This document shows positions 21,829-30,240 of a stretch of 64,000 bases of DNA, one piece after another. Source of the stretch: an uncultured Actinomycetota bacterium. Its GTDB lineage: Bacteria; Actinomycetota; Actinomycetes; JAHEKZ01. The notes under the pieces are model-generated. The model worked only from the letters and a program-made list of their open reading frames with translations, ran no database searches and was not told the origin of the DNA. The stretch spans positions 188,434 through 252,433 of the forward strand of contig CAVSCR010000005.1 in the NCBI GenBank assembly GCA_963726575.1. The letters are read 5' to 3'. Within the stretch, counting starts at the first letter, position 1, and every line of letters begins with the position of its first letter. A program made the position numbers and the translations under genes.

Positions 21829-22038
21829 ATGACGTGGTTCCGCCGTAGCGCTCGGGCTCGCCCCGCGGTCGCGCCGGCCGCCCAGGTGCCGGACTGGTGG
21901 CACGAGCCGGTGGTCCGGCTCACCTTCGCCGATGACTCGGTGGTGACGCTGCCGCCGGGCGACCCTCGTACCCGGGCGTTCACCGCTCTGGCCGACGCCC
22001 TGCGTGGGTCAAGCGGGTCACCCGTCCGGCCGATCTGA
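21829..22038 (+). CDS. Small hypothetical protein (69 aa), last gene of the GTPase module
   Basis: ATG 12 nt after the GTPase stop; MTWFRR...VRLTFADDSVVTLPPGDPRTRAFTALADAL; fills the gap before the next gene. Confidence 0.6.
   Translation: MTWFRRSARARPAVAPAAQVPDWWHEPVVRLTFADDSVVTLPPGDPRTRAFTALADALRGSSGSPVRPI
22008..22034 (+). promoter_or_regulatory. Sigma-28-type promoter for the O-antigen-ligase-like gene (possibly leaderless)
   Basis: GTCA-agcgggtcacccgtccg(17 nt)-GCCGAT; GTG start 10 nt after the -10 hexamer. Confidence 0.6.
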
Positions 22039-22043
22039 TCGAC

Positions 22044-23930
22044 GTGTCCACCCTAGAAGCGCTCGTGCCCCACGGGAGCGCCACGACGCGACGCTCGTGG
22101 TGGCAGCGGGTCGGCGGCGTCGAGGCCCTCGCGGCCGCGCTCGCCCTGCTGGGCTGGGGCATCGTCTTGACGCATGCCACCGGTGGACAGGCTCCCTACA
22201 CGTTGGCTCTGGTCACCGCGTCTGCGCTGCCGTTGCTCTTCGTCAGCGGGGCGGCTCGACGGGTGCCCCTGCGCGCGCTCGCCTTCGTGCTGCTGCCCGG
22301 GGCGGTCGCGCTCGGCCTGAACAGCGTGTCGGCCACCGGCTGGTCGGGACTCGGCGAGGCCGCCGCGTGGTGGTATGCCGCTCTGCTCGGACTCGGCGTC
22401 GTCAGCTACGCACGGACTCCGGCCCGGCGGCAGCTCGTGGCCGCACTGGTGCTGCTGGTCGGCACCGAGCAGATGTACCAGGCCTGGTTCGCCTGGTGGG
22501 GATCCGGCGATCGCCAGGCCCTGATGGTCGGCACCTTCTTCTGGCACAACCCCTTCGCCGCGTTCCAGGCGGCGATCTCGCTGGTGGCGCTCGCGGTCGC
22601 GATGCGGGCGACCGGCTGGCTGCGCCGTCTCGGGCTCGTGCTCGCCCCTTGGTTGGCCGCCGGGGTGTGGCTGTCCGGGAGTCGTGCCGGCCTGGCCCTG
22701 TGGGTGCTGGCGGTCCTGGCCCTCGTGGCCCTCGGGGCACGCACCTGGCGCCAGGCCGCCACGGTTGGCGCCGCATCCGTGGGGTCGCTCGCGCTCGCCT
22801 GGCTGTTGGCCTCACCGGTGCTGATGGGGGGAGCGGCCGGGTCGGGTGGCTCCGGCGTCGGTGCGGCCGGGCGCACGGAGGCGGCTGAGGGCAACTTCTT
22901 GATCCGGCTGGACTACTGGCGGGCCGCGGCGCGGCTGGCCAGCCACCATCTCTGGACCGGTTCCGGGTTCGGCTCGTTCGCCGGGGCCGGAGCCCCGTAC
23001 ATGCCGGCCGACAAGTCGGCCAGCTCTGCGGTGCACAACGGCTGGTTGCAGGCGATGGTCGACGGCGGTCTCGTGCTGGCCCTTCCGGTCATCGCAGTCA
23101 CGGGGTGGCTCGCCATCCGTGCCGTCCGGCGGCTGCTGAGCGCCCGGCATGCCGGCGCCGACCCGGTCGCCATCGGCGCGGCATCCGGGGTCGTGCTCTT
23201 GCTCGCCCACGCCCTCTTCGACCTCGACTGGGCCTACCCGGCACTGCTGGCGCTGTTCGCCGTGCTGGTGGGGCTGCTCCCGTGGCGGTTGCAGGCGGTC
23301 GCCGCCCCCCGGTCGGGGCGCCTCTCCCGCTGGGGGGTCGCCCCAATTCCGGTGGTGGCAGTGCTGGCTGCGGTGGGAGTGCTGACGGTGGGTGCCGCGC
23401 TGGTCGACGGCGCGCAACGGGTGCAGGATCGCCCCGCTGTCGGGTGGCAGCGGGTCGTCGACCAGGTGCTTCCCGTCAGGGCGCTGGCCGCGCGCCTGCC
23501 CAGTGAGTCGCAGCAGATCGCAGTCCTGCTCGCGGCGCGCACGCTGGCGCCGCCGGCGGTTCGCGACGCGCTGGCCCAGACGGTCCGAGCCAGCGCCGAC
23601 GATCCCGTGCTGGCCCAGTACCGGGCATTCGCCATGGTGGCGCTCGGCGACGTCGACGCCGGCCTCGCCGAATCGGCCGCGAGGTATCCGGCCGCTCCTC
23701 GCCCGAAGACCGTGCTGGCCCGCGCCGAGGTGCTGGTGGCCGCCGGCGACACCCGTGGCGCCGTCGACCTCGTCACCCAGGCACTCGGGGCGGCGCAACG
23801 GGCCGGATCGCCGGCTGCGCCTGATCTGGCGCAATGGCTCAGTTTGCATCCCGCTTCTGCCGAAGCCTCTACGCAGGGCGGGGATTCGACCTCGGTGGGG
23901 ACCGACACGTTTGGGGAGGCCACCCGGTGA
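22044..23930 (+). CDS. O-antigen ligase (Wzy_C)-family polytopic membrane protein; candidate pilin oligosaccharyltransferase
   Basis: About 12 hydrophobic segments; GTFFWHNPFAAF, LSGSRAG, IRLDYWRAA, WTGSGFGSF, AVHNGWLQAMVDGGL, LLAHALFD; Ala-rich helical C-terminus. Confidence 0.85.
   Translation: MSTLEALVPHGSATTRRSWWQRVGGVEALAAALALLGWGIVLTHATGGQAPYTLALVTASALPLLFVSGAARRVPLRALAFVLLPGAVALGLNSVSATGWSGLGEAAAWWYAALLGLGVVSYARTPARRQLVAALVLLVGTEQMYQAWFAWWGSGDRQALMVGTFFWHNPFAAFQAAISLVALAVAMRATGWLRRLGLVLAPWLAAGVWLSGSRAGLALWVLAVLALVALGARTWRQAATVGAASVGSLALAWLLASPVLMGGAAGSGGSGVGAAGRTEAAEGNFLIRLDYWRAAARLASHHLWTGSGFGSFAGAGAPYMPADKSASSAVHNGWLQAMVDGGLVLALPVIAVTGWLAIRAVRRLLSARHAGADPVAIGAASGVVLLLAHALFDLDWAYPALLALFAVLVGLLPWRLQAVAAPRSGRLSRWGVAPIPVVAVLAAVGVLTVGAALVDGAQRVQDRPAVGWQRVVDQVLPVRALAARLPSESQQIAVLLAARTLAPPAVRDALAQTVRASADDPVLAQYRAFAMVALGDVDAGLAESAARYPAAPRPKTVLARAEVLVAAGDTRGAVDLVTQALGAAQRAGSPAAPDLAQWLSLHPASAEASTQGGDSTSVGTDTFGEATR
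23838..23864 (+). promoter_or_regulatory. Sigma-28-type promoter for pilB (inside the 3' end of the ligase gene)
   Basis: CTCA-gtttgcatcccgcttct(17 nt)-GCCGAA, 63 nt upstream of GTG 23927. Confidence 0.72.
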
Positions 23931-25669
23931 CGGATGTGGTGCACAACGACGCCTGGACGTCGGATGCCGTGATGTCAGATGTCGCCCGGCAGATGGTGGA
24001 CCTGCTGGTCAACGCCAAGCTGGTCACCCTGGAGCAGGCGCAAGATGCCTACAACGAGTCGCTCACGAGCGGCGAGACGTTGTCCCAGACGCTGGTGCGC
24101 AAGCGCATCGTCACCGAGGCGCAGATCAAGATGGCGCTGTTCAGCCTCGGCGGGCTGGAGGTCGTCGACCTGTCCGACTACTCCGTCGACGGCAGTGTGG
24201 TCGCGCGGGTGTCGGCGTCGTTGTGCCGGACGCACCTCGCCATCCCGATCAAGTTCGACGACGACGGCCGGCTTCTGCTGGCGATGGAGAATCCCTACAA
24301 CGTCCTGGCCATCGACGACATCAAGGCCAATCTCGCGGCCGCTGGGCTGCAGGTGGACATCCACCGCGTGGTCGCGACCAAGGACGACATCCTGGCCGCG
24401 ATCGACAAGTTCTTCCGCGACGACGACCAGCTCGACGACCTCCAGGCCGCGATGGAGAGCGAGGGCGACGACAGCGAGGACCTCTCGTCGCTGAAGGAGG
24501 CGACCGAGGACGCCCCGATCGTCAAGTGGGTCAACGGCGTCATCACGAACGCGATCAGGGATCGCGCCTCCGACATCCACATCGAGCCCGGTGAGCATTA
24601 CCTACGGGTGCGCCAGCGCATCGACGGTGTCCTCCACGACGTCATGCAGTCGAACCGCTCGATCCAGTCCGGCGTGATCTCGCGCCTGAAGATCATGGCC
24701 GACATCAACATTGCCGAGCGCCGCGTGCCGCAGGACGGCCGGCTCTCGGTGGTCGTGAACGGACGCAAGATCGACCTGCGTGTTGCCACGCTTCCCACGG
24801 TGTGGGGCGAGAAGGTCGTCATGCGGGTGCTCGACAACTCCACGGCTCGTCTGGAACTGGCGGACCTCGGCTTCTCCCAGCACAATCACGACTCGTACGG
24901 CGAGAGCTTCACCAAGCCGTACGGCATGATCTTGGTGACCGGCCCGACCGGTTCGGGGAAGTCGACCACGCTCTACGCGACGCTGAACCAGATCGCGCGT
25001 CCCGAGGTGAACGTCATCACCGTCGAGGACCCGGTCGAGTACCGGATCCCGGGCATCAACCAGGTGCAGACGAACGTCAAGGCCGGGCTGACCTTCGCCT
25101 CGGCGTTGCGCTCCATCCTTCGCTCGGACCCCGACATCGTTCTGATCGGTGAGATCCGCGACCACGAGACCGCCCAGATCGCGGTCGAGGCCGCCCTCAC
25201 CGGTCACCTCGTGCTGTCGACGCTGCACACCAACGACGCTCCTTCGTCGATCACCCGGTTGGTCGAGATGGGACTGGAACCGTTCCTGGTCGGTTCTGCG
25301 CTCGACTGTGTGCTTGCCCAGCGGCTCGCGCGGCGACTGTGCGAGAAGTGCCGGGAGGAGTACGTGCCGACTCCGGAGCAACTGGCCTCGGCCCGCTACC
25401 CGTGGCACGACGGCGAGCCCCTGCCGACGCTGTTTCGTCCCATCGGCTGCTCCAACTGCTCCAAGACCGGCTACAAGGGGCGGCTCGCTCTGCACGAGGT
25501 GATGCAGGTGTCGGAGCGGATCGAGCGAATGGCCGTGGAGCGTGAGTCAGCCGCCCGGATCATGACAGCCGCCAAGGAGGAGGGCATGTTGACGCTGCGC
25601 GAGGACGGCATGTCGAAAGTCGCCGAGGGCGTGACGTCGATCGACGAGATCCTCCGCGTGGTCGTCTAG
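23927..25669 (+). CDS. pilB: Type IV pilus extension ATPase PilB (GspE/PulE family)
   Basis: ASDIHIEP, DINIAERRVPQDGR, GPTGSGKSTTLY, TVEDPVE, LRSDPDIVLIGEIRD, GHLVLSTLHTND, Zn motifs LCEKC...GCSNCSKTGYKGR; GTG after GGGGAGG. Confidence 0.96.
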   Translation: MTDVVHNDAWTSDAVMSDVARQMVDLLVNAKLVTLEQAQDAYNESLTSGETLSQTLVRKRIVTEAQIKMALFSLGGLEVVDLSDYSVDGSVVARVSASLCRTHLAIPIKFDDDGRLLLAMENPYNVLAIDDIKANLAAAGLQVDIHRVVATKDDILAAIDKFFRDDDQLDDLQAAMESEGDDSEDLSSLKEATEDAPIVKWVNGVITNAIRDRASDIHIEPGEHYLRVRQRIDGVLHDVMQSNRSIQSGVISRLKIMADINIAERRVPQDGRLSVVVNGRKIDLRVATLPTVWGEKVVMRVLDNSTARLELADLGFSQHNHDSYGESFTKPYGMILVTGPTGSGKSTTLYATLNQIARPEVNVITVEDPVEYRIPGINQVQTNVKAGLTFASALRSILRSDPDIVLIGEIRDHETAQIAVEAALTGHLVLSTLHTNDAPSSITRLVEMGLEPFLVGSALDCVLAQRLARRLCEKCREEYVPTPEQLASARYPWHDGEPLPTLFRPIGCSNCSKTGYKGRLALHEVMQVSERIERMAVERESAARIMTAAKEEGMLTLREDGMSKVAEGVTSIDEILRVVV

Positions 25670-25712
25670 GGGCTCACCCACTTGGCCCCGGGACTAGTTC
25701 GTCTGGTCTGCG

Positions 25713-25739
25713 CTCAAGGGGTGACGCCCTCGCGCCGAT
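25713..25739 (+). promoter_or_regulatory. Sigma-28-type promoter for pilT-pilC
   Basis: CTCA-aggggtgacgccctcgc(17 nt)-GCCGAT in the pilB-pilT intergenic region. Confidence 0.78.
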
Positions 25740-25814
25740 GCCTGCCAAAGAGGAATACCGCTGGCGCCGCCGGTGGTCAAGGAACCCGCGCTCGGGCGCG
25801 GAGGGAGGGCCCAC

Positions 25815-27619
25815 GTGGAGACCTCGGGATACCGCAACCCTGCGCCTTCTCCGGACGCCCCTGCTGAGCCGAACGCGGCTCCAGCCACCGACTACGGCTT
25901 CTTCGCGCCCGCACCCGCCGTGGTGCCGGCCGACGGTGCCACTGAACCCGCCCCGGAACCTGCCCCGGAACCCACCGTCTCGGCCACCGACGAGGTGGTC
26001 CACGAGTCCGTGACCGAGCCGACGGTCGAGCCGGCAGTCGAGCCGCGGCGACCGAGCCGGCGTACGAGCCGGCCCTGGCGGTACCCGCACCTGAGGCGGA
26101 ACCCGCGCCCGAACCTGCGCCCGAACCTGCGCCCGAACCTGTTGTGCAGTCGCCCGCCGAGGTCGCACCCACCTTGGTCGAAGAGGCAACGCCCGAGGCG
26201 GCCGAGGGCCTGCCCATGTCCCTCGCCATCGCTGCGCAGGAGGCCGCCGAGGTCGACCTGAGCCAGCCGGTCGAGCCGGCCGGCGTGGACTACTCCGGCT
26301 TCAACGGCTTGGGTGACGCGCCGCAGACGAGCGACGTGCTGACTGACGCACCCGCGGAGTCGGGCCTGGAGGGCAGCTATGACGCCGGCTACGACAGCGC
26401 GTTGACGGCGCCCACGGAGTCCACCTACGAAGCGGGGTACGACGCGGGCTTCGAGACTGCGGTTCTCGCCGAGGAGGCCGGCGTCGGCCTGGCCGACTCC
26501 GAGGCCGAGGAGTCGGCCTACCACCGTCGTACCACCGAGGTCTCGGCGAGTGACGACATCATCCTGGTCGACCTGCTGCTCGAGGTGCTGAACCGTAAGG
26601 CGTCCGACCTTCACCTGAGCGCCGGAGCCCGGCCGATGATCCGGGTCAACGGCGAGCTGGAGCAGCTCGACGACCAGCCCGTCCTGACCCCGCCGGTGAT
26701 CCAGCGCGTCATGTACGCGTCCATCACCCAGCGGCAGCGAGAGAAGTTCGAGGAGAACCTCGAGCTCGACTTCGCCTACTCCGTCCCGGGCCGGGCCCGG
26801 TTCCGCGTCAACATGTACCGGCAGCGCGACGCCGTCGGTGCTGCGTTCCGGTTGATCCCGTTCGAGATCAGGCGGCTCGAGGACCTCGGCGTACCACCGC
26901 AGGTGGCGAACTTCTCGATGCTGCCCCGTGGATTCGTCCTGGTGACAGGCCCCACCGGTTCTGGCAAGTCCACGACGCTGGCGTCGCTGCTCGACCTGGC
27001 GAACCGGAACCGCAAAGACCACATCATGACGGTCGAGGACCCGATCGAGTTCCTCCACCGGCACCAGTCGTGCCTGGTCAACCAGCGCGAGGTGGGGGAG
27101 GACACGTGGTCCTTCCAGAACGCACTGAAGCATGTGCTGCGGCAAGACCCCGACATCATCCTGGTCGGCGAAATGCGTGACCTGGAGACGATCTCGGTGG
27201 CGTTGACCGCGGCCGAGACCGGCCACCTGGTGTACGCGACCCTGCACACGCAGGATGCGGCGCAGACGATCGACCGCGTGATCGACGTGTTCCCGCCGCA
27301 CCAGCAGCAGCAGATCCGCGCGCAGCTGGCGACGTCGATCCAAGGCGTTGTCTGCCAGACGCTGGCGCGCAGCGCCGACGGCCGTGGCCGCGTCGTTGCC
27401 TGCGAGGTGCTGGTGGCGACACCGGCGGTTCGCAACCTGATCCGCGAAGGAAAGACCCACCAGATCTACAGCGCGATGCAGGCCGGCGGGAAGTTCGGCA
27501 TGCAGACCATGGACCAGCACCTCGCGGAGCTGGTGAACAAGGGCCGGATCAACTACGACACCGGCCTGGAGAAGTGCCACCACATCGAGGACTTCAACCG
27601 GCTCACCGGTCGGATCTGA
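25815..27619 (+). CDS. pilT: Type IV pilus retraction ATPase PilT with long acidic N-terminal extension; apparent 1-nt frameshift near 26043-26045
   Basis: Intact core ASDLHLSAG, RFRVNMYRQR, GPTGSGKSTTL, TVEDPIE, LRQDPDIILVGEMRD, TGHLVYATLHT, AVRNLIREGK. The Pro/Glu-rich leader starts at GTG 25815 (SD GAGGGAGG) and changes frame at gagccgcggcg. An alternative ATG at 26216 has a GAGGG SD. Confidence 0.92.
26105..26140 (+). repeat. 3 x 12-nt perfect tandem repeat (APEP) in the PilT leader
   Basis: gcgcccgaacct x3. Confidence 0.92.
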
Positions 27620-27630
27620 GGGGCTGACTC

Positions 27631-28851
27631 ATGGCAACGACCACCTACCAGTACTCCGTCCGAGACAAGGCCGGCAAGGTCTTCACGGGCACCATCGAGG
27701 CGGACTCCGAAGCCGCGGTGGCACAGAAGCTGAAGAGCATGGGCTACGCGCCCATGTCGATCGGCCAGCACAAGCCTGGCCTGGGTCGCGACCTCGCCAT
27801 CCCGGGGTTCGGGCCGAAGGTGAAGCTGAAGGACCTGGCCGTGATGTCGCGACAGTTCGCGACGATGATCAACTCCGGCCTGTCGCTGATGCGGGCGCTG
27901 AGCATCCTGGCCGAGCAGACGCCGAACAAGAAGCTTGGCCCGGTGCTGGCTGAGGTGCGCAACGAGGTCGAGACCGGCCAGGCGTTGTCGTCCGCGCTTG
28001 CGCTGCACGACGACGTCTTCCCGCCCCTGATGATCAACATGGTGCGTGCCGGCGAGGTCGGCGGCTTCCTCGACCAGGTGCTGCTGCAGGTCGCGGCGAA
28101 CTACGAGGCCGAGGTCAGGCTGCGCGGAAAGATCAAGTCGGCCATGACCTACCCGGTCGTGGTGTTCTGCATCGCCATGCTCGCGGTGACCGGCATGTTG
28201 CTGTTCATCGTCCCCGTGTTCGCGAAGATGTTCCAGAGCCTTGGCGCCAAGCTGCCGATGGCGACCCAGGTCCTGGTGAACCTCTCACACTTCCTGAAGA
28301 CCTGCTTCCCGCTGATCATCATCGCTGCCATCGTCGCGATGGTGCTGTGGAAGAAGTTCAAGCGCGACGAGCGCGTGCGCAACGTGGTCGACCCGCTGAA
28401 GCTGAAGATCCCGGTCTTCGGTGCGTTGTTCCAGAAGATCGCCATCAGCCGGTTCACGCGCAACTTCGGCACCATGCTGCACGCCGGTGTCCCGATCCTG
28501 CAGAGCCTCGACATCGTGGCCGACACCTCAGGCAACGTCGTCGTGGCCCACGCGGTCCGCGACGTCCAGGAGAGTGTGCGTAACGGTGAGTCGTTGACCG
28601 CGCCCCTGGCGAACCACGCGATCTTCCCGCCCATGGTGGTGCAGATGATGTCGGTCGGTGAGGACACCGGGGCGCTCGACTCGATGCTGCACAAGATCAG
28701 TGACTTCTACGACCAGGAGGTCGAGGCGACCACGGAGTCGTTGACCTCCCTGATCGAGCCTTTGATGATCGCGGTGCTCGGCGGCCTGGTCGGGGCGATG
28801 ATCATCGCCCTGTACATGCCGATCTTCAGCATCTTCAACCTGATCAAGTAG
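27631..28851 (+). CDS. pilC: Type IV pilus platform protein PilC (T2SSF family)
   Basis: YQYSVRD..GK...G.IEA, DLAVMSRQFATMINSGL, MVRAGEVGGFL, RFTRNFGTML.AGVPI, GEDTGALDSML.KISDFY, LIEPLMI. Confidence 0.97.
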   Translation: MATTTYQYSVRDKAGKVFTGTIEADSEAAVAQKLKSMGYAPMSIGQHKPGLGRDLAIPGFGPKVKLKDLAVMSRQFATMINSGLSLMRALSILAEQTPNKKLGPVLAEVRNEVETGQALSSALALHDDVFPPLMINMVRAGEVGGFLDQVLLQVAANYEAEVRLRGKIKSAMTYPVVVFCIAMLAVTGMLLFIVPVFAKMFQSLGAKLPMATQVLVNLSHFLKTCFPLIIIAAIVAMVLWKKFKRDERVRNVVDPLKLKIPVFGALFQKIAISRFTRNFGTMLHAGVPILQSLDIVADTSGNVVVAHAVRDVQESVRNGESLTAPLANHAIFPPMVVQMMSVGEDTGALDSMLHKISDFYDQEVEATTESLTSLIEPLMIAVLGGLVGAMIIALYMPIFSIFNLIK

Positions 28852-28863
28852 TCCGACCCGACC

Positions 28864-28905
28864 CGACCAGGCCCGGTCGTCCCGCGGGACGACCGGGCCT
28901 GGTCG
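28864..28905 (+). terminator. Perfect ~19-bp hairpin after pilC
   Basis: cgaccaggcccggtcgtcc-cgcg-ggacgaccgggcctggtcg. Confidence 0.8.
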
Positions 28906-28943
28906 TTCGTGATCCTTCCGTGACCTGATCACCCGGGCCGATG

Positions 28944-28970
28944 CTCAAGTCGTCTTCCGCCGGGGCCGAA
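28944..28970 (+). promoter_or_regulatory. Sigma-28-type promoter for the riboswitch-major pilin transcript
   Basis: CTCA-agtcgtcttccgccggg(17 nt)-GCCGAA(AA), about 20 nt upstream of the aptamer. Confidence 0.8.
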
Positions 28971-28990
28971 AACCCCTAGGTCAAGAGCCA

Positions 28991-29076
28991 TCCGGCCAGA
29001 AACGGCACTCCCGTCGTAAGGCGGGGTCGCAAAGCCAGGGGACCCAAGCCGGTCAGCCCAGCTACCTCGGTCCGGA
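28991..29076 (+). ncRNA. Cyclic di-GMP-I (GEMM) riboswitch in the major pilin 5' UTR
   Basis: GGCAC, stem CCCGTC/GGCGGG capped by a GNRA loop (GTAA), conserved GCAAAG junction, second stem GACC..GGTC, then GCTACC; matches the recalled c-di-GMP-I consensus. Boundaries approximate. Confidence 0.85.
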
Positions 29077-29142
29077 TCCCTCCGGGGGTCCTAGAGGCGA
29101 CAAGCCGGCGGCTCACCGGTTCGTCCGAAAGGGCAACAGCTG

Positions 29143-29583
29143 ATGCTCGCACGAATTCGCAAGGCGATGGACGAGCGTGAAGAGGGCTTCACCCTCATCG
29201 AGCTCCTCGTCGTCATCATCATCATCGGTATTCTGGCCGCGATTGCGATCCCGGTCTTCCTGAACCAGCGCAAGAAGGCAGTCGACGCCTCGATGAAGTC
29301 CGACTCCCGGACGATCGCCAACGAGGAAGAGACCTACTTCACTGACTACCAGGCCTACGTTGCCACGAGCGGCTCCGCGCCGGTCATTGGTGCCACCACG
29401 GTCCGGTTGTCCACCGGTAACACCGCCACGATCACGCTGAACACTGCTACTTCGGCGTACTGCATCCTGATGGACCGTGTGGCGGGCGCCCAGCCCGGCA
29501 CCCAGAAGTGGGTCTACATCAGCAGCCAGGGCGGCCTCCAGGCAACTGGCACCGTCGCCTGCCCGGCAGCGGGTTCCTTCTAG
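29143..29583 (+). CDS. pilA: Major type IVa pilin (PilA-like)
   Basis: Class III signal MLARIRKAMDEREEG/FTLIELLVVIIIIGILAAIAIPVFLNQRKK with Glu5; C-terminal Cys pair; has its own promoter, riboswitch and terminator. Confidence 0.92.
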   Translation: MLARIRKAMDEREEGFTLIELLVVIIIIGILAAIAIPVFLNQRKKAVDASMKSDSRTIANEEETYFTDYQAYVATSGSAPVIGATTVRLSTGNTATITLNTATSAYCILMDRVAGAQPGTQKWVYISSQGGLQATGTVACPAAGSF

Positions 29584-29598
29584 TCCAGATCGCAGCTC

Positions 29599-29649
29599 GA
29601 AACGGCGGGAGCCGGTGCCCCTGCGGCACCGGCTCCCGTCCGCCGTTTC
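29599..29649 (+). terminator. Hairpin after the major pilin
   Basis: 14-bp perfect stem cgggagccggtgcc-cctgc-ggcaccggctcccg, with outer complementary arms gaaacggcgg/ccgccgtttc. Confidence 0.8.
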
Positions 29650-29766
29650 CAGACGCGCTGACTGGCTAGCCCGATCGGGCTCCGTCAATCGGCGCAACAG
29701 GGGCGACGCGAGCCACGTCGATACCGACAGCGCACCCATTGCTAAAGAAGGACTTGAGGAGGACAG

Positions 29767-30222
29767 ATGCCACCCCGGGACGACTTCCGGGGCCAGGGGG
29801 AGCTGGACTCACCCGACACAGGATTCACCCTGATCGAGTTGCTCGTCGTCATCATCATCATTGGCATCCTGGCGGCAATCGCGATCCCGGTGTACCTGAA
29901 CCAGAGGCAGCGGGCCTATGACGCCGCAGCCAAGTCGGACATCCGCAACCTGGCCCAGTTCGAAGAGACCTACCTGGTCAGCTACGGCACGTACGGTTCG
30001 TTCACGGACCTGGCCGGCAACTCGCTGTCGGTGACGGCGACGCGCAAAGTGACGCTGACGATCAGCTACATCGGCGGCACCGGGTTCTGCCTCACCGGCA
30101 AGAACGCGATGTCCCCGACGACGTGGTACTACGACAGCCAAGCCGGTGGTCTGCAACCCACCGGGAGCGGCAGCTGTCCGATCTCGACGGGCGGCACCAG
30201 CGGCGGAAGCCTGACCGGTTGA
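29767..30222 (+). CDS. Second type IVa pilin (PilA paralogue)
   Basis: SD GAGGAGG; leader ...DSPDTG/FTLIELLVVIIIIGILAAIAIPVYLNQR; FCLTG...WYYDS..GGLQ...SC, same layout as the first pilin. Confidence 0.9.
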   Translation: MPPRDDFRGQGELDSPDTGFTLIELLVVIIIIGILAAIAIPVYLNQRQRAYDAAAKSDIRNLAQFEETYLVSYGTYGSFTDLAGNSLSVTATRKVTLTISYIGGTGFCLTGKNAMSPTTWYYDSQAGGLQPTGSGSCPISTGGTSGGSLTG

Positions 30223-30240
30223 CGCCACTGCGAACGACCT

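Noticed and set aside
19035-22038. Classical Streptomyces-type conservon (cvnABCD)
   Set aside because: No CvnA sensor kinase and no DUF742; the module instead shares a promoter motif with pilus genes, so it is reported as a distinct arrangement.
25773-26261. 162-aa ORF as an independent gene upstream of pilT
   Set aside because: Its first half has the same EP-rich composition as the sequence in frame with PilT, and its second half is off-frame text; treated as the frameshifted pilT leader.
29696-29722. AACA-N17-GTCGAT as a sigma-28 promoter for the second pilin
   Set aside because: Both elements deviate from the motif seen at the other seven sites; too weak to call.
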